A DNA stretch of 64,000 bases from Marsupella aquatica (Eukaryota; Plantae; Marchantiophyta), in NCBI GenBank assembly GCA_973895155.1, contig OZ316896.1, positions 15,686,576 to 15,750,575 of the forward strand. The letters are read 5' to 3'. Under the pieces are notes generated by a model. That model saw nothing but the letters and a program-made list of their open reading frames with translations. It did not search any database and was not told the origin of the DNA. The stretch's first letter is position 1. Each line of letters starts with the position of its first letter. Both the position numbers and the translations under genes were made by a program. Below, piece after piece: positions 12,961-26,146 of this stretch.

Positions 12961-15389
12961 GTCAAAGGGTTTCTTTCCTTGGAATTCCTCATCTATAGTA
13001 GCTGAAGAGTTTCTTACATTGTCTTGGAAATATTAGAGTAGGTGAAGAGTTCCTTTCTACCCGTGGTTATTTTAAGATATCAGATTGACACTTAAATAAA
13101 AAAAAACTGAAACAGTTTGCTGGAAAACACACATATATCAATCACAACCCATCCAAAGGTCACTTTATTTTACCCCTTTCTTTGTTTATTTGAAGTGTTA
13201 TATTTAATTTTCCATTGTTTTATATTTATTGGTTCTAGTTGTTTTTCTTGTCTTGCCTAAAAGCAAATAGTGATGTTTGGTTTTTCTTGCATAGTTCGTC
13301 GTTCTTGTTTGTGACCATTAGTGCTGATGTGGTTGCACGTGCTTCCAATGATTTTGGAAAGAACTTCCCATAGGGGTCTATGATGAGACAGAGTAAAAAT
13401 ATGCTTTCTGGCTGAACAAATTTCATTTGAACTGATGGGCCCAAAAATGGACCCATAAATGTATTGTGGGAAACTGTATAGTAGGAAATAACCAAATGTG
13501 TATTTGAACCCTTGTTATATGCCGTATTGTACACCATATTGCTTAGCATATTGTGACCATGCTAGGTTAGTGCATGGGCTGGTGCCATTTCAATTTCATG
13601 GCAAAATGGGATAGAGTGATAACAAGTAAATTGTATGCTGAATGAAATTCATTTGAAGTGCTCGGGGTCCAAAAATGGACCAGGAACTTATTATCAGCAA
13701 CTACATTGTAAAAGCAATAAGTTTTTAGGCTGAATGAATGTCCCTTGAAGTGACGAGGGCCTAAATTGGACCCAGAACGTAGTTCGAGCAACTATGGTGT
13801 CAAATATGACCCAACACATTTTTGGAACCTTAAACACCATACTGTTTTTGCTATTTTGACAAGCTACTCTAGGCGTGTGCTCAATTCCATTTCACTACAT
13901 GGAGCGACAAAGTAAAGCAAAAATGACACAGACGAATAACAACCCTCAACGGCATGGAGAGGACAAAGCAGTTCGACTTTCCAGAATTCCAAAGCTTTCC
14001 AGAATTCCAGAGGCCGCGGTAGGCACCAAAAGGTCAGGACAAAGTAAAAGAATTTTGAAGATAGCACATCCCCCCAACGGCATAGGGAGGACAAAGCAAT
14101 TTGAGTACGTCCTCTACTGTAGACATCTGTGACTCTGTGTACTGGCAATTGCGTGATATTTTTGACATTGGAGGAGCTTTCCAGAGGCGCACCAAAAGGT
14201 CAATGCGCGATATCTCCGTGCAATACGGAACAACGAGAAAATTGGCTGCTGAGCTCCATTTCCTGGTGAGTTCCACGCGGCCGATCAGGGCCCCACACAC
14301 GAAAACACACACAGCTCAGAACTTGGGAGCCAGTCAGCCAGATCACCGAAGCCTCCTAGCCTCATTTTTGCCATCATTTTTATGCTTTTCTGATTCCGGA
14401 GACGGACACGCGCCGAGGTTCGACCCCGGAACCGGCTGCATGGATGGCGTTGCCTTGAAGGGTGTTTTCAGCTTGGACGGTGAGCCAGGGACATAGCGAA
14501 TGGATGACGTGATTCGGCGCTGTTTTAAGGGCTAAAATTAGCCACATTTAGTCACTGAAAAAGTCTTCCTTATTCTTGGCAAAAATTTGTTAGGTTTTTT
14601 GTGTTAGACTACACCAGTTTCACACCTAACCACCCTGTTAACTACTGTAGAATCTGAAAATTATGCTTAAATCTATGGAGATCGTAGGATAAAAAATTAA
14701 TCTAAGAAATTGGATAGTGGTTTTTATAGCCTTTGAGTAGCTACTTTCTGACCTAACCACACACCCTGTTAATATGACACTTTTACTTAAATCTTGGGAA
14801 TTAATCCATGGACCCCCATGTTGTACAACATAGATTTGTATTCACGTTAGACATTACGAAATCACGGGTAAAATATAATTTTCAAATTATTTACACAATT
14901 CTTATTGAATGGTGACAATGCTGAGCTCATTAGGACCGACTCTTCAAGATCTTTCCAACGCCATATTATACGTGAGTTTTCATTATGATTTGACTCAACA
15001 ATATCAAATCAAAAATTACTGCCCGGAAAATTTTATGTTTTGAATAAAATCAAAATGTAAATAAAACTGTTTACAAGGAACAGTTTTACCTCAATTTTTT
15101 TGTCTATTGATTTGCATGTCAGATATTTTTACATTCTTTTTTACAGCATGGCATCCCAGTTTTTACAACAAAGTTACCACAAACATGAATATAGAAGTTA
15201 ATTTTATCCAAAAACAAGTCTCTTCCTGTTTGGAGCATGCCATGATGATGTGGCGCGCTGTGAAGCCAAGAATTTTGGAAAGTATCTCTAATGGGGTCCG
15301 TAAATAAAACAGGTAAAATCAATCTGGATAAAGATTAACATCTTCTCCTTTGCACACGGCTTTCCAGGATTTTTTAAATTCGATTAGAC

Positions 15390-15567
15390 CACCTAATCAC
15401 ACCCACCCACTAACTAGAATCTGACAACAATCCTTACATCTAGGGAGATCTAAAGGTCCAATCTTAATAGGAAAATCGGATAAAGAGTATTTTTAATATC
15501 TTCTTGTCACCAAAGTGACATGGGCCACCCTGGCCACAAAGAAAAAACATATTAAAAATTACCCTGA
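15390..15567. repeat. Dispersed repeat (possible DNA-transposon end); related copies at ~14625-14700 and ~25460-25626
   Basis: Shared string cctaatcaca..agaatct..atctagggagatcta..aggaaaat..atcttct..gccac.ctggc..aaaaa..ctg at the 15.4 kb and 25.5 kb sites; the 14.6 kb copy is partial. Confidence 0.55.
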
Positions 15568-15870
15568 CGACATTCCCTGGTCTTTGCCTTGGAGGCGAAA
15601 CAAAACAACTGTCACCTTTGTGGGGCCCCAGAGCTCAATTTTGGATTTCCCATGAATTTTCTACAATATAAACTGCGTGTGTTTGTGATTCTGCTAAGGA
15701 TATTACAGTTGTTTCTGGAGGACCCCCGATTTAGCATTAAAGTGCTCTCTTGCTCTTCTGGACACAACTCATGTGGGTTGGGAGTTGGCCAGTTGGGACC
15801 AGCCAATATATATCACAATGAGCCAATATATATCACAATGCCAAAAAAGACAAGCCCTAACTACACTGTT

Positions 15871-16333
15871 TACCGTAATTAGTATCATAACTTATATAGT
15901 CTCCCTGCATAAATAGTATCACACACACTAATCAGGGTGTGACTACAAATCTGAAAAAATATAAATATTAGTACAAGTAGAGAGTTCAATCTATTGTCAT
16001 TCGTTCTAATTTGATTTTGATTGTATTTATAACCTGGTTGTCATTTCATCATACTTTAATGAAATCTGAATTTCAATTGACATTCATTTTTAATTTTATA
16101 TGCCATCGCAAATATATCTTACTACTAGAAATATTTGTACTTTTCATAAGCTATATACATAATATGTGTTCATCACACACTATTTGAGTGTCACCAAAAA
16201 TAATCTCACTTACTCTAATTTATAATAACATGTATTTAGTCTCACTTCTTATATAGTCTCACACACATTAATTAAGGTGACAGCTTTCAAAAACCTTTGT
16301 TCCCAAATACTGTGTGTGAGATTAATTACGGTA
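15871..16333. mobile_element. MITE-like element, possibly Tc1/mariner-pogo type
   Basis: Terminal inverted repeats TACCGTAATTA / TAATTACGGTA, including possible TA target duplications; AT-rich interior with repeated tcacacaca motifs. Confidence 0.55.
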
Positions 16334-18379
16334 ATCGGTGTAGGAGACATGATACGGGTCAAGAAACCCAATAGAGGGGCCAAAACAAAAACCAGAAACC
16401 TACCGCCCTACTCATCGGCAAATTTGTGCCTCATTTTTTTCAGAGTAGGCCAAGTGGCGACTCCATTGACAACATCAGAGTAGCTTATCAACCACGAAAC
16501 ACATCTGTACTGTCTTAAATTGCAGATCTGTGGACAGCCGTTAGATCTATTAGATCTGGTGATCTTATCTTAGCGAAGGTTAAGCTTCTGGAGAAATTCT
16601 CAATTGTATCAAGGTAGAGATTCCAAGTCTGATTTAAGTGAGTTTTGCGTAGAGGGCTCTAGTTCCAGTTTTGAGCGCTACTACTTTACATGATGCAATA
16701 ATGTATGAGATACAGTAACACCCTCTAATCAGGGTATTAATACACTTAAAGGCCTAAGAAATTTTGTGAGTTTTACTATTTTTCATCAAAGTAGAGGAGA
16801 AATTTCGTAATGACCCCATACTGTGTATTCTTTTCCATAAAGCACCAAAACTTACACAGAGGCAAATTAAGAGAGCATTAAGTGCACTACACGGCTACAG
16901 AAGGGAACCTTTACACACACCACATGCACACGAATTTGAACTTTGGACCAAGCCCATGCCATTGCCCAGTTGTCAGGACCATTAAAATTACTCTGCAGGT
17001 TCTCCACGGCACAGGTAGGGGCACTCCATTTCCAAAGTTTTGGACCAGTCCAAAACTTGCAGCTACAGTAGCTCATCTGTATCCTATGGAGTAACGTCCC
17101 AAACCCAGTTGAGCTCAAGGTTGAAGATGTCATAATAATATATTAGTGTTCTCCTTTTCTGGGGTTTGAAACAACAGCGAATTCCATCCATGAGGTAGCA
17201 TACAAGAGAGCGCCACACAAAAGGAGGACAACGCCCATGAAGAGGGTAGTAGACTTCTTCTCACTCGTTTTGGGAAACGTCTGCAACATTACAGTCCAAA
17301 ATGCACCTGAGGGGCCAGCTGGATCGGCTAAGGTGGCCAGGGCTAATTGTGACCAGGAGATCACAAGTTCAATCCCGTATCAAATATTAACCTCTAGAAT
17401 CTATTAGGTTTCATGCGCTCTAGAAACATTTTGCTTTATGACCCTCCTTACTCTGGAATTTCATAAAACTTTTTCATTATGTTGCTCACTATGGCTTTAA
17501 TTAATTTGCTCTTGTTGGCACTGCCCTGCTGTTTTGGCTCTTGGCTTTCCTGGATTTTTTCTCTCGTTTTCACCCTTACATTGGGTTTCCTGCCGTTGGG
17601 ATCCAGTCTCCTGGTGTAACGCATTTTATTCCTTCTGCACTATGATATATAATAGTGTGATGTACGGTAGCTAGCATGGGTTCACCTCCAGACTGACTGG
17701 GACAGGTTTCATGAGTTATTCTGAACATGAGCTTGGGAGTAGTTTCAAAGTTTATATAAATAAAAAACATTGAGACCAAGGGGTTTCCCCACCTGCAAGC
17801 CAGTAGCTTGCTGGGACAAACTTTATTACAATACAAAACTCAAATGGTGGGTTCCGCAGAGTTGGCCTAAAGAGTATGTACAGCCAATTTTCTAGCACCT
17901 TGAGAGTTCTGGGTGCAATGGCCCCCTAAGATGGAAGTGGTCGGGGGGATTTGACTTGGAGGGCATGATGTCGACCATATACTCTCCACGGTGATTGTTC
18001 TCCCTTTGTATGGATGCTTGCCGTATCATCATCATTCATACACCTGAGTATAATACTGTGTAGTAACTGGTGCGCAACATCATGACTTTACTTTGCACAG
18101 AGGCATGAGTAAGCAGAAAAGTGATGGATAGCGTGTTTGCTCAGGAAAGGGCAGGAGTGATTAATGTATACTTCTCACGTTGAACAAACTCGCTCGAAGC
18201 TTTTTTGTCCCCCTTTTTGAGGAGGGTGGGAGGAGGAAAACCGGGCCCGAGCAGCGTGCATCTGGCAGGGTTTTTCGGGCAAGAAAAAATCTTTGATTTA
18301 ATTCACATGACGGTTGCTTGAGGGTTCATGGAAACCCTTGATTTAACTTGCTTGAGGGTTCATGCAAGGGCAAATAGAG

Positions 18380-18418
<39 letters not shown>

Positions 18419-19444
18419 TGACCTTGTGGCCCCATCACCCCCATAGTTTTCTTGCATGTCAAAGGTTTCCCTTACCCCTTATGCCCCACATATGACCAGA
18501 GAAGTTTCGTACATATGTAGGAGAGGTATTACACAATTGATGATTTTAATTAAACCACAAGTGCCCATATATAAGGAGTAAGTGTCCAATATTTCTCCTT
18601 TCCCACATTTCACCCACTTTTTTCCTCTAAGGTGTCAGTTTGCTCCATGATTTGGGGAAAAGTGACTGTTAGCAGTGAAAATCAGATATTACAGCCAAAT
18701 CATAGCTCGTGAAGGGGCACCTGTGGTTTCCAATTAAGCCTCACTATGAACGGTGGATATTAAACAGAGTGGTAAAGAGGGGAAGGGCCATAAACTCAAT
18801 AAACTCCTGAGTTTCTTTTCATGGGGAAAGAAATGCAGTGAAAAGAAATGCAGTGAAGGCTGTGCAAGAAAGTCTATCAAATGTTGAGTGATTTAATTGT
18901 GATCAGTGAAGGGCAGTAGAAGTGTGGAAGTGCTGTTTGGAAACTCTGCTGCGTGGTGAGTCAGTAATTTGTTCTTTTAAAGATATTTCATGAAAAATGG
19001 TGAGTCAGTGATTTGTTATTTTAAAGAGATTTCATGAAAAACAGCGAGTAGTGATTTGCTACTTCAAAGATATGTAAATGAAAGTGCAGTTGGTGAGTGA
19101 TCGATTTGTTCATTCAAAGATGTGTCATGAAAACATCGAGTACTGTAGTTGATTTGCTACTTCAATGATATGTAATGAAAAACGCTTGTGTTAGTTTCGA
19201 AAAGGATCATATCATTACTCCAAAGCTTGCAATGATAGTCGAGGGCTGCTACCAATAAACTCCTAAAGAATTTTAATTTTTAAAAGGATCATATTATTGC
19301 CTCAAACCGTGCAAAGCTATAATCCGAGGGCTGCTACCGAAAACCCCCTCAGAAAAGGAGAGAAAAAAAAGGGAAAATATACAGGAGGCCAACGAGGCAG
19401 GACAACAAGTCGAAAGGTGACTTTGTCACGTCTGTCGGAAAGCT

Positions 19445-21685
19445 TCATCCATCTTCTTCCAGAAAAGTGAGCAGAATAGCTTTCTGTACTTGCAAAGGGT
19501 TGCTGCTGAATCTGAATGCAATTATATTGTTTCCTTGCTGGAAACAGACAAGATTACCACATCTTCTGCTTCACTTTACATAGGATCCCTTCCGCACAAG
19601 AGTTGTTCAGCAGATTTTTCAGTTCTACTTCAACTCAAAGAGCAGCCAAGAATTGGCCCAACCAATGTGGATAACGACAGCAATGCGCCTTCACTTACTT
19701 GCTTTCCGCGAAAAAGCCCTCCAGGTATCTAATGCCGTTTGACTAATAACTTTAGTCATGTTTCTACTGGGAGCTTGGAATCGAAGGGGTTCACTGCCAC
19801 CTTCTAAGCTAGCTGGAAATGATTTTTTGTTAAGATATTCAGTAGACGAGTCAGGAAGGCCAGACTCCTCTCCATAGTCTCGTGGACAAGAGTCATCCTG
19901 ATATTTTGTGTGAAGACCTTCCTCGTCTACCCTAGTGACCTCCTCAAACGTTGGTGCTTGATCATTGTCCATAGCTAATACTGACATAACTGCCTTTGAA
20001 ATTTCAGCTCTCAAGGTAGAAAGGTCAGCGTCTGACAAGTGCAGTGGAGTGAAATCGATCACTACCTGATCCGTCAAACCTGTTGTTCCCTGCAAATGAG
20101 GGCAAATAAAAAACAAGATTACACAAATCAACGCTTTAGATCGAAAAAGTTTCAGAGCTAACCAGTCGTATGGCTTACAAGAACGTAGGTTATCTCAATT
20201 GGAACAGTGAGTGCAGCTGATCCCACTGTGGAGATTTGTAGTCCTACAGCAATCTTCACCTCCTACTTTTCTACTTGACAAGGTCTACTCGTCAGATAGT
20301 AATTTGCAAATTCAGGAAGATGAAGGTTTGAAAGAAGCTGCGCAGGCTATTAGTACCTGCTCAATGCGAATACACAGCAAGTCCAATGCATCACAGTAGT
20401 TGCGGTAAGAGTTGATCAAGGGATATCGCCTACTGTTTGCCTGCTGAACAACATACCCTCTCTTCTTGGCCAACTCAAATGCCTAAGAGAGGGAACAGAT
20501 GAAACTTAGATCACAGACATGTCTCATATTCCACAGTGCGAATCTTCCAAGCTCCTCGGTCATATTTACCATCAATTTTAGTATTCCTTCCTAATTGCGG
20601 GTGAACTTCAATTTGTACCATACGTCATGACGACAATTCGAAGGAGTTAATTCATCTTCAAAACTTTACTTTGGAGGTTGACAAGGTCTCAGCAGATGAC
20701 AATGCCATCCAACAATCTAATATCCCGTTTAAAAATACTTCACCGCATGGGCAAGGAGGTGCCATTTCCTGTAAACTTGTCCTCTACTGAGTTGCTCTTA
20801 TTACTTAGCTTCCCACTAAACTCGCAAAAATCAACAACGAAACCGGGCATCACAATTTCGTCCAGGTTAACATTTCTCTTGTTCACTTTTCTCTCCTACG
20901 TTAAATCCTCAGAATCACTGGATAAAGCAACGAAGTAACGAGTATCACCCATACCTTCCGCTCTTCCGCATTTAGCCGATGAGGGACAACCCGACTTCCC
21001 ATCTTAGCTTTAGATGGACGACCCCTTGATATGCGCTCCACATCATCCAGATTCCACCTGTCTTTTATCCAGACAATTACACAATTGTAAATCTCAATTT
21101 CCGAACCGGCTTAGTCACACTTTTCTTATTGAATTTCGAGAGCAGTAAAGCTGAAGAATCCTTGTGCAACGAATATTGGGTAATGATAATGACATATTCA
21201 AGTCCTTTCGGTATATGGGATGAGAGTTCCCTGGTCCCAAATAGCCTACACTATCAAGGCATAATCTGGAGTTAGTCATCAGCACTTCCAAGTCGGGGCA
21301 TAAGACTAGTGGCCTTGTGAGAAATTTTTACACTGTGAGATGCCTACCGGTTAATTAGAAACCTTGACCTCACCATGAAAGGGAAGCTTTGATGCAGAAT
21401 CCAATAGACATTCCAAGAAGCTGAATTCCACAATCCAAGCCAGGAAGCGTACCTAACAGGTGCGGCAGCAAGTGCTACAATTCCCCTAGATCCCCAATCT
21501 TGCGCGAGTCGCATACGCTTGCTCGCCTTGGGCAGGCAACGAAAGGGTTGCTGGAGCTTCAGCCTACTGATGCTCCCGCAGTGATTCCAAGAGTCCCATC
21601 TCTCTAAACAACCGTGGCAGTGCTTACAAATGCTGCTGCACAAGGAGCCAGAGGGCGAGGATACCGGCATCATGGAAGCCCTCAT
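19445..21685 (-). CDS. Uncharacterised protein with Ser/Arg-rich transit-peptide-like N-terminus and a compact core (DDVERISRG..GSRVVPHRLNAEERKAFELAKKRGY..PLINSYRNYCDA)
   Basis: Exons 21685-21453, 21057-20955, 20482-20357 and 20089-19699 have GT-AG ends and join in frame. The 3' end is uncertain: either an exon at 19488-19445 (IQKAILLTFLEEDG*) or read-through to TGA at 19691. Confidence 0.75.
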
Positions 21686-22708
21686 TTCAAGCAGTCGCGG
21701 CCACTGTGGTTTTGGCCCCGTTTGATTCCCAATGAAGTCCTTTCTTCACGAAGACGAAGATGATGGTCGAAGTGCAGAGCATTACAGACCGTGGACGCCC
21801 ATCACCACAAGTAACTGCATCTCTCGGCGACTCTAGTGAAAGGGAGAACAACACCGAAGGATGACAGGAGTTGGCGAATCCGTTCCACTGAGAGCTGGGG
21901 TGGAATTAGACGAAGGGCGTGTCGAACAAGAAGACACTCATTTGCTCTTCCTCTTGCAAACAATTGTTGCTGCGTTTTGAGTTGAACAAGACACTCCAGC
22001 TACTATGGCTATGTCCTCTGTGGGCTACCCTCGAGTTGTGTGCTGTTTCTCTTGATGGATTTGATTTCACTTTCATGGCAAAACCACTACAGCCACTACT
22101 GTAGAGCACGAATTCGTCGACGTTTGAGCAATCGTCACCACTGTTTCTCGTAATGGAATTGAGCGAAATCTTTGTGTCATACCAAAGACACTCCCAGCGA
22201 GTGTAGAGCAGGAATTCGTCGACGTTGGGCAATGGTCACCACAAACTCAGGTCAGCCACATAATAATGAGCATCACATTACAGTACTCAAGATTGGAGAG
22301 CTCTGTGTCTGTCTATCTATACTTTTTTTCGGTTTCCTTGAAATCCAAAAGCAAGAGGAGACGTTCTACGGTATGCACGCCTCTAAGGTAGCCCACACGA
22401 GGGGTATACAAGAGGGGATTATATCTAGGAATAAGATTGGGACCTGTACCACGAAGGAGAGTGGGTTGATCTAGGGTCTCAAAGCTGCCTAGCAGAAATG
22501 TACTCCCACCACTAGACCCAACCCACACATATTCAGTTGTGTGGAGGGGGGATTGGACAGGGGACCTCTATGTTCTAGGCTAATTCTCTGGCCAATTGAC
22601 CAAAGCCAGTTGCTTTAATGCTTCTCTACTATTCCTTGCAGACTCTCATAGTAAAGTGAAGCCACCTACTCTTAGAGTGAAGCCATAGTTAGGAATAGAA
22701 TTAACCAT

Positions 22709-22920
22709 TTAATTACATTGACACTAAAGATCTTCCAAGTTACACTTATACTGCCACCTTTTTTTATTGTATTTACAAATATGCCATTTTTTTGTATATG
22801 GCTACCTTGGTTACGTTGGTGAACTTGCCATCCATATACTTAACCATGGCATATTTGTAAATACAAAAATATTTGTGACAGCATTGTCAATTTAAACATC
22901 TTTAGTGACAAAGTAGTTAA
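22709..22920. repeat. Long imperfect inverted repeat (foldback/MITE-like)
   Basis: Perfect 19-bp arms GTATTTACAAATATGCCAT (22769-22787) and its reverse complement (22846-22864), plus outer arms cactaaagat / atctttagtg. Confidence 0.75.
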
Positions 22921-25415
22921 TAGTAGCCTACTATGCTTGTGAATAAGGAGAGACATGGCCAGTATGGATAGAAGCATTCTTGTGCACAAGCATTGATATT
23001 CTGGCTAGTAAGCTCAAATGATTCCATTTCAACCATTTTACTAGGATATGATTTTCTCAGCTTGAGAATTTTGCTTGGTGGGTCCTGGTGTGAAAAACCA
23101 ACCGGTGGGACAAACTTTTACAATATTTTCTTGGTGGGAGTCACAATGTTCTCAGGCTGTGCAGGGTGGCAGGGTACTGCATACTCTTCCCAAATGATAC
23201 TGCAAAATAAAGAAGTGAGAGCACCTGGGAGGGAAAATATTGCAAGATATTGGCAGCTCATGTTTATGCAGGCTTCAAATTTTGGGGGAGGGATGGGCTG
23301 CTTTGTGATGCAGTTTGGGCCTCTCCCTCCTCCAACTCACTGACTGCTCGTTATAAGCACTGCCTGCAACACTACACAAGAATCTCACGACCCACCAAGA
23401 AAGTAGCACATATATCCGCCTGACCAAGCTGGTTTTTGTTCTGCAGGGTCCCACCAAGCCAATGTTCCTCTTAGCTTTCATGGGATTTATTGAAAAGTGT
23501 TTTTGAACCAGGAGGCCTGTGTGCAAAAAAACAACAACTTTCCTTCAATACCCAAATACATGTATCACAGTCAGTTCTAAAAAAAAGGCAATACTTACAA
23601 TAGTAATGAGTTTACAGATAGGTCTAATACAAAATTTGAGTGAGTTCATAGGTTTGGGTAGAGATCACATCAGAGCTTATAATTCCAAGACTTCAATTCT
23701 TTCCTAAATCACAGCATGAATGACATATCATCAGCTCAGGTCCCCATCCTAATATTTTGCTCAAATAGGATTCTAGTCTATATGGGATTGTATGCAAACA
23801 TGCATTTCAACAAGGATTTAGAGTGCAGTGGTTTGACGTCCATACAAAGAGTCACAGGTCCGACTCGCATGACCACAGGGCTAAACCAACACCTCTCAAG
23901 CTCAATGTTTACATGGACATACATTTTAACATGATTCCTCCCAAGCTGAACTTTTACATTCTACGTTCTCTACCAAGAGAACTACTGTAGAGAGCATACT
24001 GCTTAACATGATCCTTTGCATCCACATCATGACATCAGTCCTCACTGTTCACTCCTAATAATGTTCACTCCTAATACACATACAATCATGAACTATTAAA
24101 AGTTCTTTTGAAGTGGTAACTTTATGAAGTAATAAAGTCCAAGAACTTACATAAAGTCAACTTACATAAAGTCTATGGAGCAATGGTTTTTACAGGACAT
24201 ACACTCCATTGTAATCTCTAGTAGCACGAGCAGCATCAGATAGCTTCCTCCCCCTTGCTATTGAGATATTTGAGAAACTCCATAATCAATTTGATGGGCT
24301 TCTTTGACAGGCACCTTGGGACATTTATAAAATGGGCTGGTTCCATAGGATCACCACTATCTGTTTTGACAACACACTTCCATCAGAGCATTTCCATTAT
24401 GTTACAGCATGCCCTAGCCTGAGCAATCTATTGCAAGTCTGTAGAAGGGGTACTAGTGCTCCTCAACTGATGCTTGCCCCCTAAGATGAAGATGACATTC
24501 ATGTCCCACTTGCAGACTTAGGCGCGGCACTAGATGTGGACCATTAGGTCATACATCCAGTCACCTATTTCAGTGGTAGATCTATATTTCTCATTTTTTT
24601 CTTCTTTTTGAGGTTTGCATTTGCTATCTTCTTTTGCCTTTTGTTGTCCTCTCTCCATTGCTTTTGGTGATCCTCCACTCTACTTTGTTTGGCCCTTTTT
24701 CTCCTTATCCAAAGCCTTGGATAATGATTGATAAAGCTTCATGGGCAGTGGAGACTCTACCCTAGTTGTCCATGACTACAGGTAAAAGAGTAATCAATGA
24801 CTCATCAACCAGTTGGACAAGAGAGAAGTGTGAGCACCTAGCAGCCTAGCTAGACATCTAAGGGTGGCTTCACAAGATTAGGGGGCCCATTGCTTCTTTT
24901 TATGCTCTTTGAGATGAGATTATATCTGGATGTCTCATATAATCAATGGGTGGGCAAACAGTGGGCCCAACAAAATGCTGATATGGAGTGCTTCCTATTG
25001 TAAAGAGTAATCAATGACTGATCAACCAGTTGGGCAAATGCTGATATGGAGTGCTTACTTCTCTTACTATGTTCAAAGAAGGGACTCATCAAACTTGTGG
25101 GCAATAGAGGTGAGGACATTCAAGTCCACTGTGCAACTTTCAGAGACTCACTCTGCCCTCAATCCATGCTTTGCATTTGCACCTGCAACTTTAGTTATAC
25201 CCCACAACCACAGTCTAGAGACTTCACTCTAGACCATAGACCCAGAGGGATGCTTTTGATTGCCATTATATAGTTACCTTGATTGATTGCCATTTTATAG
25301 TTAGGTTGATTGATTGCTATTATATAGTTAATTTTTTTTGAGAATTTTAGAACATTTCCCTCGACATTTCCAAACTTTGGTTCCTTTCATCCAAGGATTT
25401 ACATTTATTCAACTT

Positions 25416-25481
25416 AATCACAGGTCCCACCTAACCACAGGTCCCACCTAATCACAGGTCCCACCTAATCACAGGTCCCAC
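25416..25481. repeat. 17-bp unit x~4 (aatcacaggtcccacct)
   Basis: Read directly from the sequence. Confidence 0.9.
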
Positions 25482-25671
25482 TAGCCAGAATCTAAGGGTC
25501 ATACTTAAATCTAGGGAGATCTATCAGGAAAATACTTAGACAAGGAATATTTTGAGCATCTTCTCCTTCACATGCCTAAACATTAGCCACTCTGGCTGAA
25601 AAGTAAAAACCTTAAAAAATATGCTGTTCCCTTCTCTCCACAATCCAGACTCATGTCTGCTGCCTGCAGGA

Positions 25672-25755
25672 TGCGTCATCAATCATGAGTCTGCGGTCTG
25701 CTGGCTGCGTCATCAATCATGAGTCTGCGGTCTGCTGGCTGCGTCATCAATCATC
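25672..25755. repeat. 34-bp unit x~2.5 upstream of the THI5-like gene
   Basis: tgcgtcatcaatcatgagtctgcggtctgctggc repeated. Confidence 0.9.
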
Positions 25756-26146
25756 ATCAGTATGGAAATGGATGTGTTACCTGCTCTCTTCCTTTTTTAC
25801 ATAATATCAAACTGCCAAAGAACAAAAAGCGCCATGAAACTGGATCCGAACGGGGGAGAAAACAAGGGAAAAACCTGGAATACCAAAGAGCCAAAAAGCA
25901 AATGAGTCCTGCAGAGCCTTCCTCTATACGGGGCAACGAATGATAAACGCATTGTCCCCTTGCAGGATTTTGCAGTCAGCAATAACGAGGAAGTGCATTC
26001 TCCTCCTTCAAGAACTGGGTGGGAGACTCCAGAAAGGAAGAGAATCTGACCTCTTCTGCCATTTGGCTAGAGGAAGTTGAATTAAAGAGACGATAAAAGA
26101 AGACAATAGTGCAGTTTATCCGCCAAAGCGAGAGTCAGAGAACGAG

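Noticed and set aside
17322-17381. tRNA gene
   Set aside because: A-box-like and B-box-like strings exist, but I could not build a cloverleaf; at most a degenerate SINE head.
20744-20895. Extra exon in the uncharacterised gene
   Set aside because: It has AG/GT-like ends, but inclusion would shift the frame and split the continuous NAEERK-AFELAK motif.
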